DNA of 64,000 nucleotides. It comes from Albugo candida (taxonomy: Eukaryota). The stretch is from NCBI GenBank assembly GCA_040437565.1, contig JBDOQK010000011.1, positions 558,001-622,000 on the forward strand. The letters are read 5' to 3'. This document shows positions 1 to 12,600 of this stretch, piece by piece. Both the position numbers and the translations under genes were made by a program. Position 1 is the first letter of the stretch, and the number at the start of each line of letters is the position of its first letter. A model generated the notes under the pieces. The model made no database searches and was not told the origin of the DNA. It was given only the letters and a program-made list of their open reading frames with translations.

Positions 1-570
1 GTACACTCTGCATGCTGACAGAATCGACTTCCACCATGACTAGCACAATATCCACCTCGTTGAGCACCTTTGGTACATCCTTGTTTATCGCAGCGTTGAC
101 CGCCACCATGGGCTCGACAAAGGCCACCGCCCTGACTACTCTTGATACACCCGGCTACTTGGCACCGTATACCTCCACCGTGTGCTTTNNNNNNNNNNNN
201 NNNNNNNNNNNNNNNNNNNNNNNNNNNNNNNNNNNNNNNNNNNNNNNNNNNNNNNNNNNNNNNNNNNNNNNNNNNNNNNNNNNNNNNNTCCTTTTTTTCG
301 AGCTGGTTTATTGCAGTCATTGTAATCGCATCGTTTTCCACCTCCATGTTCAGCACAGAATCCTCCTCCACGATCATTCTTTGTACACTCTGCATGCTGA
401 CAGAATCGACTTCCACCATGACTAGCACAATATCCACCTCGTTGAGCACCTTTGGTACATCCTTGTTTATCGCAGCGTTGACCGCCACCATGGGCTCGAC
501 AAAGGCCACCGCCCTGACTACTCTTGATACACCCGGCTACTTGGCACCGTATACCTCCACCGTGTGCTTT
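1..570. repeat. Gap-flanking duplication (1-188 = 383-570), assembly overlap
   Basis: Identical sequence on either side of the 100-N gap 189-288. Confidence 0.9.
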
Positions 571-891
571 GCAAAGTCCATTCGATTGGGATGCCTTGGT
601 GCATCCAATATGATTACATCGTTTACCTCCGCCATGACGAATGCAAAGCCCTTGACCCTGACTACTACGATCACAACCTTCGACCATGCATCGTCTACCC
701 CCACCATGTGCTTTACATAAGCCTTTCGAACGAACTCTTCTTCTGCAATTTGCGTACTTACAAACGCGATTCAATGTATTTGATTCATCCAAATTCTCGG
801 AACAAATGTCATTTATGTATTTCTCATCAATAGCGGGTTTTCTGATGTAGACATCATCATTTGTAGTAGTCTTGCTGCTACTATTACTCAT
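289..891 (-). CDS. Cys/Gly-rich tandem-repeat protein (oomycete 'WRKY19-like' CxxxxC...GxCxxHGGG repeats); C-terminus lost in the assembly gap
   Basis: About six repeats of C-x4-C-x-K/R-x4-G-x-C-x2-HGGG in ORF 136..927. First ATG is at 891 (the track's 927 start is GTG). The frame runs into the N gap at 189-288. Confidence 0.8.
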
Positions 892-1609
892 TCGGCTTTT
901 TATGCATTTAACAACGAGATTTGGCACCGAATTAAGACGTGAGTATCACTGAGTATATAGGCGACAATGATGTTTTTATCTGTTCAGTGCAAAAAAAGTG
1001 AGATCAGCTCTGTCAGAGGTGAGTCATGTAAAAGAGGTCTCTACCAAATAAGTTGCTGTGGTGGCGATGAGTTTACGGCTTTTTTTATGTGCCAATTTCT
1101 TGAATAATGGCCAGTTTGACGCGATTAGATCCCACAAGCAATGTAATCTTATTTTTTATATGTGATGGGCTCACTCTATGCTTCAGAATTGTTCGAATGA
1201 CCACACTTTTACAGCCTGCAACCTCATACAAAAGGAGTGACATTTACAGATTAGATTATTGCTGCTCTATAAAACGCCTTGGAGTCATGCTACACGCACA
1301 CATGTAAAAATTAGAATGTTGAATGTACCGGTCCGTTGAGATGCGTTAGAATCATCTCCATTGCTCTTTCGATGATGCGCAGATGGACAGAATGGCGTTG
1401 TATCACATTAGACGGGATGATTACAAGGTCAGGTAACTATAGCATATCGCATTTGTGCACCTAGCCCGGTGCTTTTACAAAGCGCAACATCAGAAATTGG
1501 AAAGGCACACATATTCTTGCTATATCACCACTATGTTCAGTAGCTCTATACGTGTATAAAGGGTAGAGTAAACAAGTTTGCTGAACCAATCACAAATTCT
1601 GGTTGAAAA

Positions 1610-3838
1610 ATGATTCCATTCCAACAAAAACAGATTTTACGCAATGTTCGTTTCTCTATCTTTGCGCATATCAATGCATACTTCTCTTCCAAACCCATAA
1701 AAATCTCACAACCGCTTCAATCTGAGAATACTAACAAAAAAAGCAATCAAAATGGGGTGATTTATGACGTGAAAACCACAGTAACTCGATTGAAAGAGAA
1801 TGTCGAAATGATTAGCGATATTCAGAATTTGAGCAAAAACGGACTCACAGAGCGTCTGGAGATGCCAATGGAATTAGTTAGGCGTCTGTCCACTCTCACG
1901 AAACAGCGCTCTCATTCGCAATTGGAAGATCTAAATCTAAATTATATTCGAGATGGTGAGAACGCTCGGAAATTTCCCCGTGACACGCATGAAACTCCTG
2001 TTGGCTGGACAACTAGCCAAGTGGCGCAGATACCCGCTTACTCATACGGACCATCGGAAACACTTGCGTATTTGGCGTATGAAATCGACGCGAGTTACGC
2101 TACAATTTATAATGTCTTTCGTCAACTAAGAAATAAAGACCAGCACTTTCGCCCGACTTCGATGATTGATTTTGGTTCCGGTCCGGGTACAGCATCATGG
2201 GCAGCCAGAGAATTTTTTGATGAATCTATACAGAAACATCAAATTGTTGAAACGAGTCAGGCAATGACCGATGCGGCACAAGTTGTAATGGAAGGGTTTA
2301 ATGGATTTAGTATTCGTCGATCGTTGGATGAATTGCGCAGTGAAGTGCTTTTGAACATCAAATACGATTTCATCGTATTAAACTATGTCTTGTCGGAAAT
2401 CACAAACGATTTTGAGCGAGTAAAAATCATGTCAGTTCTATGGGAGTTGCTATCAGAGGATGGATACTTGGTGATTGTGGACCGTGGGAGTCCATGGGGC
2501 TCCCATCAAGTCCGTTCCGCTCGTCAATTTATACTCGATTCCGTTAATAGTACTGCGGATTTCAGCGTCCAGGTAGTAGCACCATNNNNNNNNNNNNNNN
2601 NNNNNNNNNNNNNNNNNNNNNNNNNNNNNNNNNNNNNNNNNNNNNNNNNNNNNNNNNNNNNNNNNNNNNNNNNNNNNNNNNNNNNGTGAAGTGCTTTTGA
2701 ACATCAAATACGATTTCATCGTATTAAACTATGTCTTGTCGGAAATCACAACCGATTTTGAGCGAGTAAAAATCATGTCAGTTCTATGGGAGTTGCTATC
2801 AGAGGATGGATACTTGGTGATTGTGGACCGTGGGAGTCCATGGGGCTCCCATCAAGTCCGTTCCGCTCGTCAATTCATACTCGATTCCGTTAATAGTACT
2901 GCGGATTTCAGCGTCCAGGTAGTAGCACCATGTCCCCACAATGAACAGGTACCTGTTACTTCGTCACTATTCTCTGAAATCTCGTAAATACTGATTGGAA
3001 ACTCAAGTGTCCTGCCAGGAAAGGTACCTGGTGTCATTTTGTTCAGCGATCGCCTGTAGTCATTCGACCTCGGGATGGAACAGCAAGAAGATGGCATAAC
3101 CAAAAAGGCTCCAAGTTTTCGTACGCGGTGATGAAAAGGAGCCCAGGATTGTGCAAGAGCGAAACAGAGGACAGTCCATCGAAAGCATCACTAGCTCGTA
3201 TGATTCGGTATGAAATTGTCACTTGTTTTCAGCTCATACCCATCGTTCATTTTTTGTGCTGTAGCGCACCTCTCCTGGCAAAACGAAACGTGATTCTGGA
3301 TCTGTGCACTCCACAAGTATGTACTTGCGTAAAATCGCGCTTTTGCAGGTTTCGTGAACTAATCCAATTCTTCAGGGAATCATTGAGCGACGGACTGTCA
3401 CAAAAGGTACTTCNNNNNNNNNNNNNNNNNNNNNNNNNNNNNNNNNNNNNNNNNNNNNNNNNNNNNNNNNNNNNNNNNNNNNNNNNNNNNNNNNNNNNNN
3501 NNNNNNNNNNNNNAAGCATCACTAGCTCGTATGATTCGGTATGAAATTGTCACTTGTTTTCAGCTCATACCCATCGTTCATTTTTTGTGCTGTAGCGCAC
3601 CTCTCCTGGCAAAACGAAACGTGATTCTGGATCTGTGCACTCCACAAGTATGTACTTGCGTAAAATCGCGCTTTTGCAGGTTTCGTGAACTAATCCAATT
3701 CTTCAGGGAATCATTGAGCGACGGACTGTCACAAAAGGTACTTCTATGCGTGAAGTGTATCGAGCTGCTAGAAAAGCGCATTGGGGGGCGGAATGGCCCA
3801 ACGACGCAAATACCTATCGCGAAGACGATAAATCTTGA
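1610..3838 (+). CDS. RSM22: Mitochondrial small-subunit Rsm22/METTL17-family methyltransferase-like protein; spliced, with two duplicated gap overlaps inside
   Basis: SAM motif IDFGSGPGTA. Removing intron 2949-3007 joins APCPHNEQ to CPARKGTWCHFVQR. Later exons give KFSYAVM, VILDLCTPQ/GIIER and YRAARKAHWG. Stop TGA 3836-3838. Basic presequence-like N-terminus. Confidence 0.88.
2340..3744. repeat. Two gap-flanking duplications (2340-2585 vs 2686-2931; 3183-3413 = 3514-3744)
   Basis: Direct repeats abut the 100-N gaps. The first pair differs at 2406/2752 and 2530/2876. Confidence 0.9.
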
Positions 3839-3950
3839 GCGAATGTGGCGAACTAAGACCTTATATCAAGTGCGTATTTGGTGCTTACACTCTGTACCTT
3901 TCAGCCTGCCTACGAGATGCAATAGTTGTTGTGAATCACAGTTGTTACCA

Positions 3951-5297
3951 CTACTTGAGTTTCGGCAACACTTCCTGGAGATGAGGTACATTGCTCAGTC
4001 TACCAACGGATGCCAAAGACGGAGTTTTCTTCAGGCTTTGATGGGCTAAATGCATAATAGAGTTTGCTGTGACTCCATCAAACGATGAGTTTTGCGTTGG
4101 TACCGAAGATTGAGCAAATGCGGCTGAACCCAACAACGCCATACGACTGGAGCGCACGTTTGACTCGTTCAGAACGTTTAAGGTGGCCATAGACTTTGCG
4201 GCATCGAGTTCTTTTTGTGACGACAAATTTGATGCAATTTTTTTCAACTCAGTCGTAAGTCGGTCAACCAACGCTCCAGCTTCTTCAGGTGAAGCATACC
4301 CCATAGCTCCAAACAAGCCTACATCGTCGTAACCAACAAGGAAGCTTTGCAAATTGGTGCCACGCAAACGTGAAGTTAGCAACGCCTTTAGAACTTGGCA
4401 AGTCGCAAAATCGTTGCTACTCCTACCACCGGTCTGGAAGCCAAGCGCAACATAAGTATGAGCCTGAGATAGATTCTTTACGCGATATTCGCCACCAACG
4501 TATTTCGCGGCAGGCGTCTCGCTGGTGGTCGATGATGTGGGCAATTCACTGAAGTATGCCGTTGCCATACTAGTCAACAGCTCATGTTTGATTCCGTACC
4601 CAGTGATAGCCGAATTGGATTTATTGATGTGCGAATCGTAAAAATTCCACAGAGTTTCACCGTCAAATCTTTCCAGATTGTCCAAAGAATAAACAGGACG
4701 ACCCAGCGATACATCATCGTAAAAAGCTGCAGCATGGAGAGCTTCCATGACTGACGCTTCACCATTCATCAAAAGATCTTCATAATCGCTTTTGCAATTT
4801 TGTTTCATTGTCTTAATGTCCCAATCATGAAAGCAAGGAGTGAGAGTTGACTCGGAAATAATAACAAATGCGTCTTCCACGTTCTCCGGTAATACATTTA
4901 TGTGGTATTGTACAAAATCTCGTCCTGCCTGCTTCTCAATAATTCCGCCAATCTTCTCAATGTCACGATATAAACGAAGGTCAGATCGCAATTTGGTCGA
5001 GCGAAACGCCATTTTTGAAAACAAGTGCGATAGACCAGCATTTGCGTCCGTTTCCGTGCTGCTTCCCGCTTTGATGTAAATTCCCAACGAGACAACGGGT
5101 GTGTATCCATCATCAGATGCTGTTTTCAGACCGGATGGCGTAACAGATACTTTGATTGTGCCACCGTTTGAATTAGCAGCACTGGCGCTGAAATTAGCCT
5201 TTGGAAAATAAGAAGATAGTGATTGTCGATGGGTTTTGTGCGATTGCATCAACCTCGAAGCAATCAGCTTGGTGTTTAGCAGCTTGTGCGTCCTCAT
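3951..5297 (-). CDS. M16-family non-catalytic subunit: cytochrome bc1 core protein 2 / MPP-alpha-like
   Basis: Motifs IKAGS..E...GLSHLFSKMAF, LHAAAF..LG and YVGGE. No HxxEH zinc motif and no glycine-rich MPP-alpha loop, which favours core protein 2. Likely start is ATG 5297 with a basic presequence. Confidence 0.85.
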   Translation of the reverse strand: MRTHKLLNTKLIASRLMQSHKTHRQSLSSYFPKANFSASAANSNGGTIKVSVTPSGLKTASDDGYTPVVSLGIYIKAGSSTETDANAGLSHLFSKMAFRSTKLRSDLRLYRDIEKIGGIIEKQAGRDFVQYHINVLPENVEDAFVIISESTLTPCFHDWDIKTMKQNCKSDYEDLLMNGEASVMEALHAAAFYDDVSLGRPVYSLDNLERFDGETLWNFYDSHINKSNSAITGYGIKHELLTSMATAYFSELPTSSTTSETPAAKYVGGEYRVKNLSQAHTYVALGFQTGGRSSNDFATCQVLKALLTSRLRGTNLQSFLVGYDDVGLFGAMGYASPEEAGALVDRLTTELKKIASNLSSQKELDAAKSMATLNVLNESNVRSSRMALLGSAAFAQSSVPTQNSSFDGVTANSIMHLAHQSLKKTPSLASVGRLSNVPHLQEVLPKLK

Positions 5298-5390
5298 TTT
5301 CCCTCGAATGAGCAGCTTTGGATTAGCGGCTCTCGGTTTCCTTTCGAATAGACACCCGCGCTGTATTACGATTATCTCGGAACTATTAGC

Positions 5391-5885
5391 ATGCGACTTG
5401 ATGACGAAGATGAACTCGAGGATGCTATAATTCACGCTGATATTCCAAACACATTTAGAGAGCTACGAGCGTGTCTGACATGCTCATTAGTGAAAACATT
5501 TACTCAATTTTACGATACAGGATGTGAGAATTGTGCGTTCTTACAAATGGCTGATAATCGACAGCGTGTTGCAGAGTGTACTACCGCTCATTATGATGGG
5601 TAGGACTTGAATTACCTGTTTGTATTGATCTGCTGCACGTAACGTTATATTTTGAGCAGTATGATTGCATTGATGCGACCAAAGGAAAGCTGGGTGGCAA
5701 AATGGCAACGACTTGGTACGACATAATCAATTACATGTGCATTTATTCGTGTACTATCATAGAACTCTGTCTGACTAGTCCGGATGGTTCCGGGGATTTA
5801 TGCTGTATCGGTCACGGGAGAACTACCAGAGTCGATCGCTCGCTATCTCGAAGATCGTAACATTCCTTATCGAGGCAAAACGTAA
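5391..5885 (+). CDS. SPT4: Transcription elongation factor SPT4 (3 exons)
   Basis: LRACLTCSLVKT..QF...GCENC. Removing introns 5600-5659 and 5716-5778 gives [36 protein letters not shown]. Stop 5883-5885. Confidence 0.95.
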
Positions 5886-6697
5886 ACGTTGAATAAGATC
5901 GTGTGTGCGACTATCATCCATCATTGTGTACTTTTACTACAAAGTTGGCTGAACGGTGTCACTGAGACAACGTGGTGTCACGAACTACATTCTAGCTTTT
6001 GCGAACCAAAAGCTGATAGAAGGTGCTGGGAATGCTTTGAAAGGCTTGACCCTGAGCACAGTAGAACACACCTGACGTGAAGTGATCCTCCACGACAAAA
6101 CGAAACTTGCAATAACAGCAAGAAGATAGCTCTTGTTCATGATAATGTCCTCTAAGACTGCATTTTGACCAAGAAAGCTCCGTGCGGTGCTTCATCGATT
6201 CGACTTGATACATATGTAAACTTTGGTATAACGATTCAAGCATCAGATGTCTCACGATGTGTGGGCTCCTCCAACGCTTTACACGATCGCTACCTTACAC
6301 GCTGTAATTATTTGCATATTTCTGGCAACTTGTTGACATGAATTGCACCCGATTTTTGCGCAATACTTTCTTTTGACTGTTTCAAGGATTTCGTTACACT
6401 GTTTATATGGCTCTATAACTACTTCCTCATCCCATTAGCCGTCGACCGTGTGGATATCACTATAGTCTTTGCTCAAGCAATACTTAATTTCTTTATGTCG
6501 CAAGACAGCCAGCAAATGTGTACCCAACCGCTTAGACAAAGTACGATCGACATCCGTGTCGCATGAGCCCGTCAAAATTCGAAGAATCTGTACTGAATCT
6601 CAAGCTTTTATCCTCTTACATAGCGACTACCTTGTCACCAGTCTATCACAAAAGTGGCCACGCAATAGCTAGCAATTGAGCAAGCAGTCAGCCATCA

Positions 6698-9600
6698 ATG
6701 CAAACTGTATCTGCCAACACTTCGCTTTCCGAGCGTGAAGATCCGCTCACTTCTATTCTAACTCAATTCGTCAAACGTATCAGAGTAAAAGATGCAGTTC
6801 TTCGTGAAAAACGCGCTCAAGAACTCGCACATTTAATCGCAACACTCAGCCGGCAGCTAAACTCCGAAACATACACAAAACTCCTCGCACACGTTGCTCC
6901 TCAACTGTTTGAGCTCTTGCAATCTCCGTACGAACACGAGCAACTGGGTGGCCTTGTTGCGATCAACTTACTCATTGAATTCGCGACAGAAGATCATATT
7001 ATTCGCTTTGCCAATTACCTTCGCCATTTTATCGCACAATCGGCTGCTCCAAAGACACAGCAAGCACTTCTTATTGCAGCAAAAGTACTGGGACGACTAG
7101 CTTCGGTCAATACGATAAATGGGAACGGAATCAGCGGAACTTTGGTCGCAGCGTGTGTTGATTTTGAAGTCAAAAGAGCTTTCGAATGGCTGCAAGGAGA
7201 TCGTCAGGAACCAATTTTCAGTCAAAGAAGACTTGCAGCATGTTTTGTATTGAAGGAATTGGCACGAGCAGCTCCGACACTCTTTCATATTAATTTGAAT
7301 ATGTTTTTTCAGTCAATTTGGGGACCCATTCGCGATCTTCGTACTGAAATAAGACAGGCAGCCACGCAGGCGCTTAGTGCATGTTTGGAGCTCATTGCTT
7401 TACGTCAAACCCGTCATCGTGTTCAGTGGTACTGCAAGGTTTATGACCAAGTATTTGCAGGATTGGACAAGTCACATGCAATAGAGCGTGCTAATTTTCG
7501 TGAAGGGAATGCTGCATGCTCCAACTATGCACCAGAATCGATCTCAGAGTCGAGCACGGAAGCTCGAACCAGCTTTAGACGTGGTGTCATCTCGTCCGGC
7601 TCTCAATCAGCTTCACATCACAGCACCTCGCTTCACTCACATGAATCTCGTTCTAAACATCCCGGCCTCGGGCCTCCCATGTCATGGGAAGCAGCACATG
7701 GTTCCCTTCTTGTGATTGCTGAAATGCTCAAGAACACGGGTGGATTTATGATTCCAAGGTTTCACCAGGTCTGTGAGACTGTCTTACTCTATAGAGATGC
7801 CAAGAATAAACTTGTCAATCGCACAGTGTGCTTGTTACTTCCTCAGCTAGCATCCTTTTGTCCAGAAGCCTTTGTACGTCATTACTTGGAAGATACTGTG
7901 CTTCACTTACTCAAACAGATTGAAACATGCTCAACTATTCCGTCGTCATCTTCACTCAGGCAAGCAGCAAACGCTTCTAGAATGGGACTACCTTATCACG
8001 ATGGACTTGGGACCTCCGTGAAATCAAATCTCGCTGGATTCAGCGAAACTATCAATGTCAATCGGTATGGTGGTAGCATTGTGGGCTTTTCCGAGCGTGG
8101 TATTGCCTTCTTTGCACTCGGCCAATTGGCATTAGCGGTCGGGAAGATTGATATGTGCCCATATCTACCTGCAATTCTCAAACTAGTTCGAGAGAGTCTC
8201 TCCCCTTACAATGTGACTCGACCGAATCATCGAGGGAACACAGCCTCTGACTATGGTACACAATGGACTGATGAGAGTATGGGTCTTGGATTAGGTAGTT
8301 CGAATCGACAGACACGATATAAAACGAAAAACAAGCTATTTTGCATCGAAACTTGGGATTGTGTCGCCAATTTGGCACAATGTCTTGGAGAAGAATTGAC
8401 ACCTTATATACACGATCTGATGGAGACCATGCTGCAAAATGAGCTATCCGATATACTCGTAAGTGCGCTCACAAATATCGTGGCCAATGTTTCCAGTGCG
8501 TTGTTTATGGTACAAGAACGACTATTGAATGAGATTTCAATAAGTCTGCGGGGAGTTCCATTTTTCGGAAATGAATTTGATGAGTTGACTGCACAAAGAC
8601 CACGGCATCTGAAGGAGTCTCCCGCTTTGATGGCTCAGCGACTGAGACCGGTGTCGGAATCCTCCACCGGGATTTGGGAAAGCGGTAATCTCGAACCGGG
8701 AATGGATCGATCGAAAGCACCATCTTCTAACCCGAGCGAGCAAAAAGACAGCTCCATTACGTCGTGGTTTTCGGCTTTGAGCAAAATTGGATCAGCTTTC
8801 AACCTCGACGACAACGGATTTGCGATACATATGGAGGACCCAAGCAGTCAAAGCTCAAGCAATTTGCCCGCCAGTACGACTTTATGCAAAGGAGAGACTT
8901 ACTCGGAACGTGATGCGATTCTTCTGTCACTTACAACACTCAGTTGTTTCGACTTTTATGGCAATTTTAGTCTTTTACCGTTCACCAAAGACTGTGTGGC
9001 GCTGTACCTGCAGAGTCCGGATCCGCGTATACGTCAACAAGCCGTCGTCACGTGCACCAAACTTCTCATATTCTCTGCTGAATCAAAGGTGCAAAGTAGA
9101 GCTTCTTACGAGACAACTTTTGCCTGGCCACGCATCTCCAAACGAGGACCGAGTGGTCGTGTCATGGATACCATCTTGACTCGATTACTTCAAGTAGGCT
9201 TGTCCGACACCGACGTTAATGTCCGTCTATCTGTGCTTGTCTCCTTTCTCAACGCCAGTTTCGACGAGTTTTTGTGTCAGGAACAGCACTTGAATATGTT
9301 GCTAAAGCTCCTCAATGATGAACAAGCAGTCATTCGAGAGCATACAATGCAACTTTTGGACCGATTAGCTCCCTTGAATCCAGCATTTGTGATGCCTTCT
9401 CTTAGAAGAATGCTTATACAGCTACTTACGGAATTGAGACATGCTCCCGTACCTCCCAAAGATTTCGATTTACGTGAGCAAAGTACTCGTCTTTTTGGTC
9501 AGCTGATTCGAACTACGCAGCATCTAGTGGACCCATACCTTGTGCCGATACTACAAGTGCTCATTCCAACTCTTGTGCATGGGAGTCATCACACATCGCT

Positions 9601-12600
9601 GGCTAGCGCGGTGCTTGTTGCGGTTGGACAACTAGCTGTTGTAGCTCAACGCCAACTGGAGCCGTACGTGGCCTATCTCTTCCCAATCGTAGTCTACACA
9701 TTACAAGATCATGGAGCTGTCGATAAGCGTCAAATTGCACTTCAAACACTCGGTATTCTTGCAGGAAGCACAGGTTGTGTGGTCCGTCCTTATTTGGCCT
9801 TTCCAACTCTTTTAGAAAAGCTTCTTGCTCTCCTTCAGCACTCGGCTACATCACCTTGGCAACTACGACAAGAAGCAATGAAAACAATCGGTATTCTCGG
9901 AGCACTGGATCCCTACAAGTATAAGCTGTGCTTGTCAGGGTCAGAACTACTCGCTAATGATCAAGACAAGATCAGTAAAGTTTCCGATAGTGCATACAAA
10001 GATAAGACAAAGGTGATGGCGCACGCTGGAGGACGGAACAATGGTAAAGTTACATTCAGGGATGACTCGAATGCCTGGCTAATGCAGCTGGAAATTGATC
10101 TCAAGCGACTCGGAATTCCCATTGACACAGCGGCCTTCGAGCGTACGGCTCGTACGATGGACGTCTTGGACGAGAAGCAACAAATTGAAGTACATCTCTT
10201 TACTGCAGCTCCTGTTGGCACTCGAAGGCGACTTGGAAGCGTTAGAGGTAAAGGCTCGCAAAGTGTACCTGCTGGTCGTGACAACGATTGTTCTGTTCCC
10301 ACTTCTCATGCACCTGCTCGACACTCAGAGTCTTTACCACAGCTCTACGGAACTGATGGAGCAGAAGAATATATCAGCAATTTTGATTTTGATGGATGGC
10401 TCGCTTCGAACGATCATGAACTCGATCCTTCTGAATTATCGCCTTCATCAGATGCTTATTTCCCTACAGTGGCGATTCACGTGCTGCTCGGCATTCTCAA
10501 AGACCCAAGTCTTGGAATGCACCATCACGGCGTCATCCAAGCCATCATGTTCATCTTCAAGAGCCTATCGATGCAGTGTGTGCCCTTCCTCAAGTATATT
10601 GTCCCACCCTTTTTGCTAGTGCTGCGTCAAAGCCAAATCAAGTTGCGTGAGACACTCTTCCTCCAATTGACACAGCTCATCATCATTGTGCAGCAGCACA
10701 TGCAGCCTTTCTTCCCTCCGATTGTGTATCTCGCGCTGCAATTTTGGTCACACCACGTAGTGGAGATCATTCGCTTGATGGAGCATCTTGCACAAGCGTG
10801 CAATGCTCACGAGTTTCGTCATACGTATCTCCCTGCTCTACTGCCTCGGATCATGATGGAACTTCAGCCGCCCACAGCTGTTCTCGTCGGGTTCAAAGAC
10901 GCATCGGAACAGCGAGTTCCAGTGGTAGCGATTGGGCAAGAATCTCTCGGATGCAAAACTCCAAGTACACCGACTATCGATGCAAATGTAGGCACAAATA
11001 TCAATACAACTGTCCAGAATCGAGGTGCTCTATCTTCGTCCAAAGTTGGGTCAACATCCTCCAACGCAGCGAGCGATCATGGGGCAGTACAACGTCTTGG
11101 AAGCGCCCTCGGAAGTGTCGCTAGTCAGCATGCGAATAACGCGTTGGGTACTATCAGTCGTACAAATGACAACTCTCTGGTAATTACTATCCAGACGCAA
11201 GTCGTTCAAGCAATTATTCTCTTTCGGGAAGCGTTGGATGACTATGTCTACTTGTTGGTTCCCGTTATGGTGCGCTTAGTGGAGCATACGGAGACAGCGT
11301 TACAGGTCAAAATGATGATTATCTATGCATTTGCGAGAATTTGCACGCTCATTAAACTCGAACATTACCTCGGAAGCCGCATTTTGCAACCATTAGCTCG
11401 CGTCTTGGGCCAGTTGGAGACTCGAGAATCTATCTTCACACGGGCTGGAACCACACTTTCTTCATGGGCAAACAATGCAAGCAGTACGGGAGGAAGGAGA
11501 TCAGGGACAGGGAATATAACGACAACGTCTACTGGATCCACGACAATGCAAACGCGATTCAAATCCGACCCGTTCAATGTTATTTCGCCCACGCCTCCGG
11601 AGAAGAGCGGATACACTGCTGGAATATCAAGTCCATCGGCTAGGAAACGCTCACTTAGTACCAATGGAACTTCCGGTTCAAGCGTATACATCACAAAATG
11701 GGAAGCAAAACAGGTCTCCGAATTGATTATATACGCATTGATCGCATTGATGTACCAGCTACAAGCAGACTTTCTAAGCTTCCATTACCTCGCTGATCGC
11801 ATCCTTACTTCTCTACCTGCGGCTCCATCACAGCCAATAATGGCTCTCGTATCACGATGTCTTCAAATTCTGCATCAGGGCGGTGTCATTGACAAAAGTG
11901 TCTTGAAACACGCGTGCTTTGCAGATAGCGTCGTGCAAGGTCTCCATGTTGAATTGGATACTGTACTTTCATCGAGTGCCGCAGCTGTGTCAGCAGTGTC
12001 CACGACCTCGAGCTCGAATGGCAGCACTGGCCTCGTGTATGGACCCAACGCAAGCGGTGCATCTCTCGCTTCTTTCGGCTCGCAAAACCTCCGTCTTCAC
12101 GTGAACCAACAAAACTTACGGAGAGCTTGGGAAGCCTCCCAACGATCCACAAAAGAAGACTGGATGGAATGGATGCGTCGTTTCTCTATTGAACTACTTC
12201 GCGAATCGCCGTGTGCTGCTTTACGATCTTGCTGCTCCTTGGCCCAAGCATACAATCCGCTCGCACGAGCTCTGTTCAACTCGGCGTTTGTATCGTGCTG
12301 GAACGAACTCTACGAGCAATATCAGGACTACCTGGTTCGTGCGTTAGAATCTGCTTTCCAAAGCGAAACGATTCCAGCCGAAATCTTGCAGACATTGCTC
12401 AATTTGGCAGAGTTTATGGAACACGACGTCGAAGCCTTACCCATTGACATTCGCGAGCTCGGCGCATTGGCACAAAAGTGTCACGCATACGCCAAAGCAT
12501 TACATTACAAAGAACTCGAGTTCCACACGTCACCATCGACCTGTATCGAAGCACTTATCTCGATCAATAACCAACTTGGCTTGCCCGAAGCTGCAGCAGG

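Noticed and set aside
5298..5435. N-terminal extension of the M16 ORF overlapping SPT4
   Set aside because: The track start is a non-ATG codon; ATG 5297 gives a normal presequence.
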